Positions 12,998-22,306 of a stretch of DNA of 64,000 nt are shown one piece after another. The notes beneath the pieces were generated by a model. The model did not search any database and had not been told where the DNA came from. It worked only from the letters and a program-made list of their open reading frames with translations. Both the position numbers and the translations under genes were made by a program. The stretch comes from Candidatus Avispirillum faecium (GTDB taxonomy: Bacteria > Bacillota > Clostridia > Oscillospirales > CAG-272). Position 1 is the stretch's first letter; each line of letters starts with the position of its first letter. The stretch covers positions 16,959 through 80,958 of the forward strand of contig CAJFOI010000034.1 of assembly GCA_904396155.1 (NCBI GenBank), read 5' to 3'.

Positions 12998-13396
12998 TTA
13001 TTTTGTATGCACAGGGACTTGCAACTTTTTGCGTTTTCGAATGTGCGGGTGGGGATCTTTTTGCAAATCCAGCACGCCGTCGCGCCATTTGTGCTCGATG
13101 CGGGCGCTGCCCACCGAACGTCCCCGAATTCGCAGACGCAAGAAAATCTCCACATCGAAGCCATTTACAGCTTCTGTTACACGATAGTCCACATAGTACT
13201 TTCCCCCTCTGGGAAATGTATCACAGTGACAGTATTGCAGGACGCATTCTTTCATATATTCATAAAAATCCGTCATTCGTTTGGCGTCAGCCAGCGCCCG
13301 CTTGCCAACGCGCTTGTCTGTGTTTTCCTCTGCAACAAAGGCAGGATACCGCATCATGGCGCCTGCCTCTACACATTGCTTTGGTTGTGTCCGCAT
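12998..13396 (-). CDS. hypothetical protein (132 aa)
   Basis: ORF with a strong ribosome-binding site (GGAGGT, 6 nt, ATG). I do not recognise any family. Confidence 0.6.
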   Translation of the reverse strand: MRTQPKQCVEAGAMMRYPAFVAEENTDKRVGKRALADAKRMTDFYEYMKECVLQYCHCDTFPRGGKYYVDYRVTEAVNGFDVEIFLRLRIRGRSVGSARIEHKWRDGVLDLQKDPHPHIRKRKKLQVPVHTK

Positions 13397-13635
13397 ATTT
13401 TTACCTCCGGAAGATGTCTAAAACTGTTTCTGTTTTCTGCCGCTTTTGGGCCGTCGGTTGTTTGCGGCAAGTATACTCCTTTTTATTTTATGCGGTTTTG
13501 TCCCGAAGGATGCCCGTATGTGGCAAATATGCCATGGTGGATATTGGCATGAACGGTGTTGGATGTTTCCATAGGAAAAGGCCCGTGATGCTTTCCATGC
13601 ATACAGGCCTTTGCTTGTTTTGTGTTTTGTAATTT

Positions 13636-14184
13636 TTATGTTTCCTCCAGTGGATTTTGCATGTATTCCGGCTGCAGCAGATCTTTGCGTGCCTGCCAGT
13701 CGGGAAGATAGCACGCGATTACGTTGTAAAAATTTTTGGAATGGTTGGGTTCTATCAAATGCGCCAGCTCATGCACTACTACGTAATCTATGGCGGCATC
13801 CGGGTACAAAAGCAGGTACAGGGAGTAACAGATGTTTCCATTTGTACTGCAGGAGCCCAGACGCCGCTTTGCACTGGTGATGGTGATTTTTTGACAGGTC
13901 AGCCCCATGCGTGCGGCAAAATATGCCGTTTTCTCTGTGAGCCGTTCTTTTGCAAGCAGGCGAAGCTGCATTGTTTGCGTTTTGTCCAAACTGGAAAACC
14001 ACGCCTGCCGCCGCTGTGCTTTTTTCTGATTTTTCTCGATCCAATCCATATGCCGCTGGAGCACGGCTTCAATTTCCTGCGCGGGCATACGTTTTGGTGC
14101 ACGCACGATGATTTCTCCCGTGTCGCTGACTCGGATGCCGATGGATTTTCGCTTTGCCCGTATTAGTGTATATTGTACATTCAT
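13636..14184 (-). CDS. YgjP/DUF45-type (M48-like, SprT-like) zinc metallopeptidase
   Basis: HELAHLIEPNHSKNF (HExxH...H) and an N-terminus of the form YTLIRAKRKSIGIRV, both typical of this family. Start set at MNVQYTLIR. Confidence 0.8.
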   Translation of the reverse strand: MNVQYTLIRAKRKSIGIRVSDTGEIIVRAPKRMPAQEIEAVLQRHMDWIEKNQKKAQRRQAWFSSLDKTQTMQLRLLAKERLTEKTAYFAARMGLTCQKITITSAKRRLGSCSTNGNICYSLYLLLYPDAAIDYVVVHELAHLIEPNHSKNFYNVIACYLPDWQARKDLLQPEYMQNPLEET

Positions 14185-14190
14185 AAAGAT

Positions 14191-14219
14191 ATGATACTGC
14201 AAAAATTTTCTCTTTGCAA
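14191..14219 (-). promoter_or_regulatory. sigma-70-type promoter abutting the YgjP-like start codon (possible leaderless mRNA)
   Basis: On the minus strand: TTGCAA (14219-14214), 17-nt spacer, TATCAT (14196-14191). Only 6 nt separate the -10 from the ATG at 14184, and there is no Shine-Dalgarno sequence. Confidence 0.45.
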
Positions 14220-14231
14220 GGGGCACTGACA

Positions 14232-14260
14232 TTGACTTATAAAAACAGAATGTTTATAAT
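14232..14260 (+). promoter_or_regulatory. sigma-70-type promoter for the ABC exporter pair
   Basis: TTGACT (14232-14237), 17-nt spacer, TATAAT (14255-14260). Confidence 0.65.
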
Positions 14261-14308
14261 GAAATAAATAAAAAAAGAAATAAAATGGGTGGTTGTTTAG
14301 GGCGGCGT

Positions 14309-16033
14309 ATGAGAAAATTGCTGAAATACCTCAAGGGATATGAGAAGGAAACGGTGCTGGGGCCGGTGTTCAAGCTGATCGAAGCAGTGTTTGAACTGGC
14401 GGTGCCGCTGGTGGTGGCGGATATCATCGACGACGGCATCCGGCAGGGAGATTGGAACGCGGTTTTGGTGCGCTGCCTGCTGCTTGTGGGGCTTGCTGTA
14501 GCGGGGCTTGTCTTTTCCGTAATCGCCCAGTATTTTTCTGCTGTGGCAGCCGTGGGTTTTGCTACAAAGCTGCGCCACGCGCTTTTTGAAAGAGTGCAGC
14601 GGTTTTCCTATTCCCAGTTGGACACTCTTGGAACATCTGCGCTGATCACCCGTATGACCAGTGACATCAACACCGTGCAAAACGGGGTAAACATGCTGCT
14701 GCGTCTGTTCCTGCGCTCTCCTTTCATTGTATTTGGCGCTGCGGTGCTGGCTTTTGTTGTGGATCCCCATTCGGCCCTCACCTTTGTCGTCGTGATTCCA
14801 GCGCTGTTTTTGGTGGTCTTTGCCATCATGCTGGTGAGTATTCCTTTGTACGAAAAGGTGCAGCAGCGTCTGGAGGGGGTGCTGGGGGCTACCCGGGAAA
14901 ACCTCAGCGGCGCCAGAGTCATTCGTGCGTTTTGTGCGGAGGAGCGGGAAGAAAGAAGCTTTGTAGAAAAAAACAAGGCGCTGCTTTTTATGCAAAAGGC
15001 GGTGGGCAGGATCTCCGCGCTGATGAATCCCCTCACTTACGTGGTGATCAATTTGGGGATCATTGCCCTTCTTTGGGTGGGCGCCGGACAGGTGAACGGG
15101 GGGATCATCACCACGGGCGCCGTGATTGCTCTGTATAACTATATGTCTCAGATATTGGTAGAACTGATTAAAATGGCCAACCTGGTTATTTTGATTACAA
15201 AGTCTTTTGCAAGTGCGGCAAGGGTGGAGGAAACCCTCGCGGTGGAGCCGGATACGCCGACCCTCTCCGGTGGCGCCGCCGGCGCAGATGCAAGTGGTGT
15301 TCGCTTTGAAAATGTGGCGCTGCGGTACAGCGGCGCGGGAGAGGACAGCCTGTCCGAAATTTCCTTCTCTGCCGGTCCGGGAGACATGGTGGGCGTGATT
15401 GGCGGGACCGGCAGCGGAAAAACCAGTCTTATGAATTTGATTCCCGGTTTCTATCTTCCTACCGGCGGCAGAGTGCTTGTAGACGGCATCGGCACAGATG
15501 CGTGGGATTCGGTGCAGCTGCGCCGCCACATAGGAGTAGTTCCTCAAAAGGCAGTACTTTTTTCCGGTACCATCCGGGAGAATATGCTGTGGGGAGATCC
15601 CGATGCGGATGATACAGCCATATGGAAGGCACTGGAAGTGGCGCAGGCTGCCCAGGTGGTGCGGGACAAAGGCGGACTGGACGCTCAGGTCGAGCAGGGC
15701 GGCCGGAATTTTTCCGGTGGTCAGCGGCAGCGTCTGACCATTGCCCGCGCCTTGGTGCGCGCCCCCAAAATTTTAATTTTGGACGACAGTGCATCGGCTT
15801 TGGACCACGCTACGGAAGCGGCTCTGCGCAGCGCGATCGCCGGCCTTTCCCCCAGACCTCTTCTGTTTGTTGTTTCCCAGCGGGCTTCTTCTGTGATGTA
15901 TGCAGATCAGATCCTTGTGCTGGAGGACGGTGTCCTTGCGGGGAAGGGCACCCACAAGGAGCTCCTTGCCACCTGTCAGGTATATCGTGAGATCTACGAG
16001 TCCCAGTTCGGAAGCGAGGAGGTGACGGCATGA
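14309..16033 (+). CDS. ABC transporter permease/ATP-binding protein (type I exporter half-transporter)
   Basis: Six-TM N-terminal domain plus a nucleotide-binding domain (GGTGSGKTS, FSGGQRQRLTIAR, ILILDD). Start set at MRKLLKYLKGY; the ATG at 14285 is an alternative. Confidence 0.92.
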   Translation: MRKLLKYLKGYEKETVLGPVFKLIEAVFELAVPLVVADIIDDGIRQGDWNAVLVRCLLLVGLAVAGLVFSVIAQYFSAVAAVGFATKLRHALFERVQRFSYSQLDTLGTSALITRMTSDINTVQNGVNMLLRLFLRSPFIVFGAAVLAFVVDPHSALTFVVVIPALFLVVFAIMLVSIPLYEKVQQRLEGVLGATRENLSGARVIRAFCAEEREERSFVEKNKALLFMQKAVGRISALMNPLTYVVINLGIIALLWVGAGQVNGGIITTGAVIALYNYMSQILVELIKMANLVILITKSFASAARVEETLAVEPDTPTLSGGAAGADASGVRFENVALRYSGAGEDSLSEISFSAGPGDMVGVIGGTGSGKTSLMNLIPGFYLPTGGRVLVDGIGTDAWDSVQLRRHIGVVPQKAVLFSGTIRENMLWGDPDADDTAIWKALEVAQAAQVVRDKGGLDAQVEQGGRNFSGGQRQRLTIARALVRAPKILILDDSASALDHATEAALRSAIAGLSPRPLLFVVSQRASSVMYADQILVLEDGVLAGKGTHKELLATCQVYREIYESQFGSEEVTA

Positions 16034-17781
16034 AAGGGGAAAAGAACAAAGGGACGATTTTCAGAGTCCTGCAATATATCGGAGGATACAAATGGTTGTT
16101 TGTCTGCAGCATCCTGTTTGCAGCCGTTACTGTGGCGCTGACCCTGTACCTTCCGGTGCTGTTCGGAGATGCAATTGACACCATTACCGAAGCGGGCGCA
16201 GTGGAATTTGACGCGCTTTTTTCCATATTAATTTATGCGGGTGTCGTTGCGGCGGCAACGGCTCTGATCCAGTGGCTGATGAACGTGGTAAACAACCGAA
16301 TCACTTACAGTGTTGCGCTGGATATTCGAAACGCGGCGATTGCCAAAATTCAGAGACTTCCATTTTCTTATCTGGATGCCCATCCGGAGGGAGATACGGT
16401 GAGCCGGATTATTACAGATGTGGATCAGTTTTGCGACGGTTTGCTGATGGGTTTCACCCAACTGTTTACCGGCGTACTCACCATTTTGGGGACGGTGGGA
16501 TTTATGATCAGCATCCACTGGCAGACCGCTGTGGCAGTGATTTTACTTACGCCGCTGTCTCTTTTTGTGGCTCGGTTTATCGCCACAAGAACCTACAGCA
16601 TGTTTCGGCTTCAGTCGGAGGTGCGCGGCAGGCAGACCGGCTTTGTGGGAGAGATGATTGAAAATCAGAAGGTGGTCAAGGCGTATAACCGGGAAGGTAT
16701 CAATCAGGAGCAATTTGATGAGATCAACGAAGAATTGCAGGTGTGTTCTGTACGGGCACTGTTCTTTTCCGCACTGGTAAATCCTACGACGCGTGTGATC
16801 AGCAATATCGTGTATGCGGTGGTGGTGCTTTTGGGCGCTCTGTCTGCCATGTCCGGCACGATGACAGTGGGTGCTCTGTCTTGCCTGCTTTCCTATGCGG
16901 TTCAGTATGCAAAGCCCTTCAATGAGATTTCCGGTGTGGTGACGGAGCTGCAGAATGCGACTGCCTGTGCCGGCAGAGTATTTGAACTGCTGGATGAGGA
17001 GGAGCAGCCGCCGGAGGCGGATGCTTCTCTGGAACATGTCCGCGGAGATGTGACGCTGGAGCAGGTGGACTTTTCCTATGACAGGGAGAGACCGCTGATC
17101 GAAAATTTGAATCTGCAGGCTGCGGCGGGACAGCGGATCGCGATTGTAGGTCCTACAGGATGCGGAAAGACTACGCTTATCAATTTGCTCATGCGCTTTT
17201 ACGATGTGAACAGCGGCCGGATATGCGTAGACGGAGCCGATGTTCGAGATGTGCGGCGACACAGCCTGCGCAGAAATTTTGGCATGGTGCTCCAGGACAC
17301 CTGGCTGTACAGCGGAACCGTGCGGGAGAACATTGCCTTCGGACGTCCAGACGCTACGGAGGAAGAGATCATCGCTGCGGCAAAGGCCAGCCATGCCCAC
17401 AGCTTCATCCGGCGGCTGCCGGAGGGGTACGACACAATCATCGGAGAGGGGAGCAGTCTGTCTCAGGGGCAGCGGCAGCTTCTTTGTATCTCCAGAATCA
17501 TGCTCAGTCTGCCTCCCATGCTGATTTTGGACGAGGCCACCAGCTCCATAGACACACGTACGGAAATGAAGATTCAGGATGCGTTTGCGAAAATGATGGA
17601 GGGGCGGACTTCCTTCATTGTGGCCCATCGGCTGTCTACGATCCGAGATGCGGATATGATTCTGGTGATGCGGGATGGAAAGATCATAGAGCAGGGTACG
17701 CACGGGACACTGCTTCGGCAAAAAGGATTTTACCACCATTTGTATTACAGCCAGTTTTCACATGGGACTGCTGCATATTGA
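16030..17781 (+). CDS. ABC transporter permease/ATP-binding protein, partner of the upstream gene
   Basis: ATGA overlap with the previous gene. Motifs GPTGCGKTT, LSQGQRQLLCISR, MLILDEATSSID. Confidence 0.92.
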   Translation: MKGEKNKGTIFRVLQYIGGYKWLFVCSILFAAVTVALTLYLPVLFGDAIDTITEAGAVEFDALFSILIYAGVVAAATALIQWLMNVVNNRITYSVALDIRNAAIAKIQRLPFSYLDAHPEGDTVSRIITDVDQFCDGLLMGFTQLFTGVLTILGTVGFMISIHWQTAVAVILLTPLSLFVARFIATRTYSMFRLQSEVRGRQTGFVGEMIENQKVVKAYNREGINQEQFDEINEELQVCSVRALFFSALVNPTTRVISNIVYAVVVLLGALSAMSGTMTVGALSCLLSYAVQYAKPFNEISGVVTELQNATACAGRVFELLDEEEQPPEADASLEHVRGDVTLEQVDFSYDRERPLIENLNLQAAAGQRIAIVGPTGCGKTTLINLLMRFYDVNSGRICVDGADVRDVRRHSLRRNFGMVLQDTWLYSGTVRENIAFGRPDATEEEIIAAAKASHAHSFIRRLPEGYDTIIGEGSSLSQGQRQLLCISRIMLSLPPMLILDEATSSIDTRTEMKIQDAFAKMMEGRTSFIVAHRLSTIRDADMILVMRDGKIIEQGTHGTLLRQKGFYHHLYYSQFSHGTAAY

Positions 17782-17817
17782 TACGCGCTTTGATGCAAGC
17801 TATAAAAAATTGCTTGG

Positions 17818-18228
17818 ATGGAGTGTGGAATGGTCATTTTGGATTTTGTTGCGGCCGTGCTGCTGGGGGCTCTTTCCGGAATGGGGATCGGTGGAGGCGG
17901 ACTTTTGGTAATTTATCTTACACTGGTGCGCAGCGTGGATCAGATCAGCGCCCAGGGGCTGAATTTGTTTTTCTTTATTTTTGCTTCCGCCGCGGCGCTG
18001 TTTGTCCATTTGACAAAGCGGCATATCCCCTTTGGAATTCTCTTTTTCTGTTCTGCTTTCGGAATGGTGGCGGCCTACTTCGGCGCGGCTGCCGCAAATG
18101 CGGTAGATCCGGCTCTGGTGCGCAAACTGTTTGGCGGAATGCTGATGATTGCCGGCGGGATCGCTCTGCTGCGCAATGTTTCCGCATGGAGGCGGACAAA
18201 AGCGGAAAGAAACGGAAAAAAATCATAA
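17818..18228 (+). CDS. half-size TSUP (TauE/SafE) family membrane protein
   Basis: 136 aa with about four predicted TM helices. The GALSGMGIGGGGLLV motif is typical of TSUP proteins. The ATG at 17830 is an alternative start. Confidence 0.6.
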   Translation: MECGMVILDFVAAVLLGALSGMGIGGGGLLVIYLTLVRSVDQISAQGLNLFFFIFASAAALFVHLTKRHIPFGILFFCSAFGMVAAYFGAAAANAVDPALVRKLFGGMLMIAGGIALLRNVSAWRRTKAERNGKKS

Positions 18229-18234
18229 AATGCC

Positions 18235-18263
18235 TTTACAAGGCTGTAAAAGTATGTTATACT
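18235..18263 (+). promoter_or_regulatory. sigma-70-type promoter for rpsO
   Basis: TTTACA (18235-18240), 17-nt spacer, TATACT (18258-18263). Confidence 0.6.
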
Positions 18264-18269
18264 GCTCTG

Positions 18270-18366
18270 TAGCGATGTCGGTTTCCCGGACGGCGGATGC
18301 AAAGCCTTCGAGAGGTTCTTTCACCTGCCGCCGCCTGAGGAATGCGACTCCAAATTTTTACAAGAG
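18270..18366 (+). promoter_or_regulatory. structured rpsO 5' leader (candidate S15 autoregulatory element)
   Basis: GGCGG...CCGCC long-range pairing (GGACGGCGGATGC...CACCTGCCGCCGCC) immediately upstream of the rpsO ribosome-binding site. S15 leaders are known in Firmicutes, but the class was not verified here. Confidence 0.3.
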
Positions 18367-18375
18367 GTGAAACAA

Positions 18376-18642
18376 ATGATCACAAAGGAAGAAAAGAACA
18401 AAATCATCGAGGAGTACAAAATGCACGACGGAGATACAGGATCTCCGGAAGTGCAGATTGCGATTCTGACCCACAGGATCAAAACGCTCACGGAGCATTT
18501 GAAGGCCAATCAGAAGGATTTCCACTCTCGCAGAGGTATGCTGAAGATGGTAGGGCATCGTCGCAACCTGCTGGGATACCTGCAGAAAAAGGACATCAAC
18601 CGCTATCGTGCGATTGTAGAAAAGCTCGGTTTGAGAAAGTAA
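18376..18642 (+). CDS. rpsO: 30S ribosomal protein S15
   Basis: [32 protein letters not shown]...[20 protein letters not shown]...RYR is unmistakable. The ATG at 18376 sits 6 nt after AGAGGTG. Confidence 0.97.
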   Translation: MITKEEKNKIIEEYKMHDGDTGSPEVQIAILTHRIKTLTEHLKANQKDFHSRRGMLKMVGHRRNLLGYLQKKDINRYRAIVEKLGLRK

Positions 18643-18850
18643 GCTTTCCGGCTGCAGCTTTCCCGTGATGTGCTATGGCCGCAGCAATACCGCTGCGGCC
18701 TTCACGAAAGCCCCGCAGATGCAAAGCATTTGTGGGGCATATTCAAATATATGTTTCTTCGAGTGGATTAGCAGTTAAATATGTGCTGTGGCTCTGCAGC
18801 CCGTATTTAAGTGCTAAACCTCCGGAGAAGCAAAAACATGGAGGGTAAAA

Positions 18851-20956
18851 ATGTTTGAAAACTACAAAACTTTCGAATTTGAACTGGCCGGCAGACCTCT
18901 GGTGGTAGAGACCGGCAAAGTGGCGGGCCTTGCCAACGGCTCCTGCATTGTGCGCTATGGCGAGACGGCGATCCTGGCCTGTGCCACAGCCTCTGCCCGT
19001 CCCCGCGAGGGAATCGACTTCTTGCCTTTGTCGGTGGATTTTGAAGAGCGGATGTACTCTGTAGGAAAGATTCCCGGCGGATTTCTGAAGCGGGAGGGAA
19101 GACCGGGGGAAAAGGCAATCCTCACCTCCCGTGTAATCGACCGTTCCATCCGACCTCTGTTTCCCAAGGATCTGCGCAACGATGTGAATGTCACACTTAC
19201 CACGCTCTCTGTGGATCATGATGCAGCGCCGGAGATCGCCGCCATGATCGGCGCTTCCATTGCGCTGTCCATATCCGATATTCCCTGGAACGGCCCCATT
19301 GGCGCGGTGTTTGTGGGAATGACTCCCGACGGGAAAATGATGATCAATCCCACCCAGAAGCAAAATGAAACCAGCATTTTGGACCTCACCGTATCTGCCT
19401 CCCAGGAGAAAGTGGTGATGATCGAGGCCGGCGCAAAGGAAGTGTCGGACGACGACATGTTCAACGCTATCATGCTGGCGCATGCGGTGATCAAGCAGCT
19501 GCTGGTATTTATCCGCAATATTGTCTCCGAGGTGGGCAAGGAGAAATTTACCTATCCTTCCGGCGAACTGGATCACGACATGTTTGACGAGATCTTCGCT
19601 TTTGTAGAAGAGGATGTGATGCAGGCGCTGGATACGGATGACAAAAATGTCCGCGATGCGCGCATGGAGCCCATCCAGGATAAGATTATGGAAGCGTTTC
19701 TGGAAAAGTATCCGGACTTGCCTGTCATTTATCCGGAACTCATTTATAAGATTCAAAAGAAAATCGTCCGCCGCTGGCTGCTCGTTGACAAAAAGCGTGT
19801 AGACGGCAGACGGATGGATGAAATCCGTCCTCTGAGCGCAGAGGTTGGCCTGTTCCCACGGGTACACGGTTCCGGGCTGTTTACAAGAGGACAGACACAG
19901 GTGATGACCATTGCCACGCTGGGTCCGATCAGCGATGCGCAGGTGTTGGACGGCATCTGGCCGGAAGACAGCAAGCGGTACATGCACCATTACAACTTCC
20001 CGGGATATTCCGTAGGTGAGGCAAAGTCTGCCAGAAGCCCCGGACGCCGGGAGATCGGCCACGGCGCGCTGGCGGAACGCTCTCTCGTTCCGGTTCTTCC
20101 TTCTGTGGAAGATTTTCCCTACGCGATCCGTCTGGTGTCTGAAGTCGTATCCTCCAACGGTTCTACCTCTCAGGGATCCGTGTGCGGTTCCACCCTGGCG
20201 CTGATGGATGCAGGCGTGCCGATCACCGCACCTGTGGCGGGTATTTCCTGCGGCCTGATCACTGCAGAGGACAGCGACGACTTCATGACTATGATCGATA
20301 TTCAGGGCTTGGAGGATTTCTACGGGGATATGGACTTCAAAGTCGCCGGCACCCACAAGGGAATTACCTCTATTCAGATGGACATCAAAATAGACGGCCT
20401 TACGCCGGAGATCATCCGGGAGGCGTTTGCGGTGACGCACAAGGGGCGGGATTACATCATCGATGAAATTCTCCTGAAGGCCATTCCCGAACCCAGAAAA
20501 GAAGTGTCCAAGTATGCCCCGAAAATGCTGTCCATGAAGATCAGTGTGGATAAGATCCGTGAAGTGATCGGCACAGGCGGCAAAGTGATCCAGAAGATCG
20601 TTGCCGATACAGGCGCAAAGATCGACATTGAGGAAGACGGCACAATGTTTATTTCCTCGGTGGATCAGTCCAGTATCGACGAGGCAAAGCGGATCATCGA
20701 CGGCATTGTCTTTGAGCCGGAGGTAGGCCAGATTTACGAGGGCGTTGTCACGCGGATCATACCCATTGGCGCGTTTGTGGAATTTGCTCCTGGAAAAGAA
20801 GGACTGGTACACATTTCCAAGCTGGACAACAAGCGTACGGAAAAGGTGGAGGATATCTGCAATGTAGGCGACCGGATGCGTGTTAAGTTCTTGGGTACGG
20901 ACGAGCGCGGCAGACTGAATCTGTCCAGAAGGGACGCGCTGGAAACAGAAGAATAA
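18851..20956 (+). CDS. pnp: polyribonucleotide nucleotidyltransferase (PNPase)
   Basis: 701 aa with two RNase PH domains plus KH and S1 domains (GGKVIQKI, GQIYEGVVTRIIPIGAFVEF). Classic rpsO-pnp synteny. Confidence 0.97.
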   Translation: MFENYKTFEFELAGRPLVVETGKVAGLANGSCIVRYGETAILACATASARPREGIDFLPLSVDFEERMYSVGKIPGGFLKREGRPGEKAILTSRVIDRSIRPLFPKDLRNDVNVTLTTLSVDHDAAPEIAAMIGASIALSISDIPWNGPIGAVFVGMTPDGKMMINPTQKQNETSILDLTVSASQEKVVMIEAGAKEVSDDDMFNAIMLAHAVIKQLLVFIRNIVSEVGKEKFTYPSGELDHDMFDEIFAFVEEDVMQALDTDDKNVRDARMEPIQDKIMEAFLEKYPDLPVIYPELIYKIQKKIVRRWLLVDKKRVDGRRMDEIRPLSAEVGLFPRVHGSGLFTRGQTQVMTIATLGPISDAQVLDGIWPEDSKRYMHHYNFPGYSVGEAKSARSPGRREIGHGALAERSLVPVLPSVEDFPYAIRLVSEVVSSNGSTSQGSVCGSTLALMDAGVPITAPVAGISCGLITAEDSDDFMTMIDIQGLEDFYGDMDFKVAGTHKGITSIQMDIKIDGLTPEIIREAFAVTHKGRDYIIDEILLKAIPEPRKEVSKYAPKMLSMKISVDKIREVIGTGGKVIQKIVADTGAKIDIEEDGTMFISSVDQSSIDEAKRIIDGIVFEPEVGQIYEGVVTRIIPIGAFVEFAPGKEGLVHISKLDNKRTEKVEDICNVGDRMRVKFLGTDERGRLNLSRRDALETEE

Positions 20957-21029
20957 GTTTTTGCAAATGTCCTTCTGCCTCAAGGCAGGGGGACATATGT
21001 ACTTATGTACTACTTGGAGACCATATGCG

Positions 21030-22178
21030 ATGAGCGAGAGAAACAACTGGAATGATCATGCCTCTGCGAATGGGTTTTATCCCCAGCAGGAAATCAAGCG
21101 AACCTATACGCCGGAGGAAGCGGGACATGGACGGCGCAGACGGCCTGTCAGCCGGTACCGCAGGCGCAGACGCAGACCGCCCAATCCGGGTGTTATCCTG
21201 ATTGTGCTGATTTTCGTAGCGGTGTTTGGCGTGTGCATCTATTTCCTTGCAAGCGGGCGCAGTGCACCTGCTGCCGGTACAGATTTGCTTTCCACAGCAG
21301 AGAGTACCGGTGCGGGCACGGGGGAAGAAAACGGCCTGGCAGGCAAAGAGCGAGTGCTTGTCTTGTCTGAGGAAGCGGTCCACACGGGAGATCTGATTCT
21401 GGTAAACTATGCCTATCCGTACACGTTCCCGGCGGATGCGGAAGAAGAAATCACAGCTGTATCTGCTTACAAGAACGACAAGTATTATGTGCGGGACAAC
21501 AACTCCAAGCTGCGCAGGAGCACGATTGAAAAATTCAACATTCTCACAGAGGCGTATTTTGCTGCGACGGGCTTTTCCAGCCTGCAGGTGAACAGCGGAT
21601 ACCGCAGCTATCAGGAGCAGGTGGATCTGTATGCGGAGTACGTGGCCACAAACGGGGAGGAGTATGCAAAGGCGTATGTGGCAGATCCCGGCTACAGCGA
21701 GCACCATACCGGGCTCGCAATGGATCTGAACGTATATGTTCCAGGGGAAGGAATTTACTACGTGGAAAGCTATGAGCCGTGCGCGTGGTTCCGGGAAAAC
21801 TGTGAGGACTATGGATTTATTCTGCGCTATCCTTCAGAAAAGGTGGACATTACCGGTATCAATTATGAGTCCTGGCATTATCGGTATGTGGGCACTCCCC
21901 ACGCCCGGATCATGGAAGAGAAGGATCTCTGTCTGGAGGAGTATATCGATTTTCTTCGCTCCTATACATATGACGGCACGCGGCTTTTGTACGACGCAGA
22001 TATGGGTGTGACGGAAACGCTTGCGCCGGAGGAGCCCTTTACGGAGGGCACCCTCATTTATTTTGTCCCTGCCGAGGAGGGAGAGACCCGGTGCAGAATC
22101 CCTGCGGACTGCACATATGCGGTATCCGGGAACAATGTAGATGGGTTTATTGTGACAGCGGAGAAGGCAGCTTCATAG
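21030..22178 (+). CDS. VanY/M15B-family D-alanyl-D-alanine carboxypeptidase, membrane-anchored
   Basis: SGYRSYQEQ and SEHHTGLAMDL motifs. Arg-rich N-terminus followed by a TM helix. Start set at MSERNN with GGAGA 9 nt upstream. Confidence 0.85.
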   Translation: MSERNNWNDHASANGFYPQQEIKRTYTPEEAGHGRRRRPVSRYRRRRRRPPNPGVILIVLIFVAVFGVCIYFLASGRSAPAAGTDLLSTAESTGAGTGEENGLAGKERVLVLSEEAVHTGDLILVNYAYPYTFPADAEEEITAVSAYKNDKYYVRDNNSKLRRSTIEKFNILTEAYFAATGFSSLQVNSGYRSYQEQVDLYAEYVATNGEEYAKAYVADPGYSEHHTGLAMDLNVYVPGEGIYYVESYEPCAWFRENCEDYGFILRYPSEKVDITGINYESWHYRYVGTPHARIMEEKDLCLEEYIDFLRSYTYDGTRLLYDADMGVTETLAPEEPFTEGTLIYFVPAEEGETRCRIPADCTYAVSGNNVDGFIVTAEKAAS

Positions 22179-22306
22179 GAAAATTTTTCGGACTTTTTTC
22201 CTCTTTTTCAAGTATTTTTCCTTTTGCCTTCAAAAAACCATCACATTCGGGAAATATAATAACACCATCAAAGGGAAATCCTGATACAAAGATTTACCGG
22301 AAGGGT

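Noticed and set aside
13397-13635. A 240-nt spacer between the hypothetical 132-aa gene and the YgjP-like gene, considered as a possible RNA element or repeat.
   Set aside because: It contains only a weak 7-bp stem (13577-13612) with a large loop. It has no similarity to the repeat family, no clear promoter or terminator pair, and nothing I can support.
18743-21046. Very long ORFs antisense to real genes. Examples are 767 aa opposite pnp, 678 aa opposite aspS (25072..27108), 482 aa opposite gatA, 378 aa opposite gatB, 410 aa opposite the second aspS, 440 aa opposite ilvB, and others at 218..1426, 1801..3042, 14297..15547, 16543..17739, 22706..23773, 31669..33162 and 48832..49833.
   Set aside because: For the three I checked (pnp, aspS, gatA), the ORF lies in the codon-aligned antisense frame. 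In that frame an antisense stop requires a sense TTA, CTA or TCA codon, and these codons are rare in this GC-rich codon usage. The translations are Arg/His/Gly/Cys-rich, have no ribosome-binding sites and match no family. The sense genes are unambiguous. The Rodin-Ohno sense/antisense aaRS idea came to mind for the two aspS cases, but nothing here supports expression.
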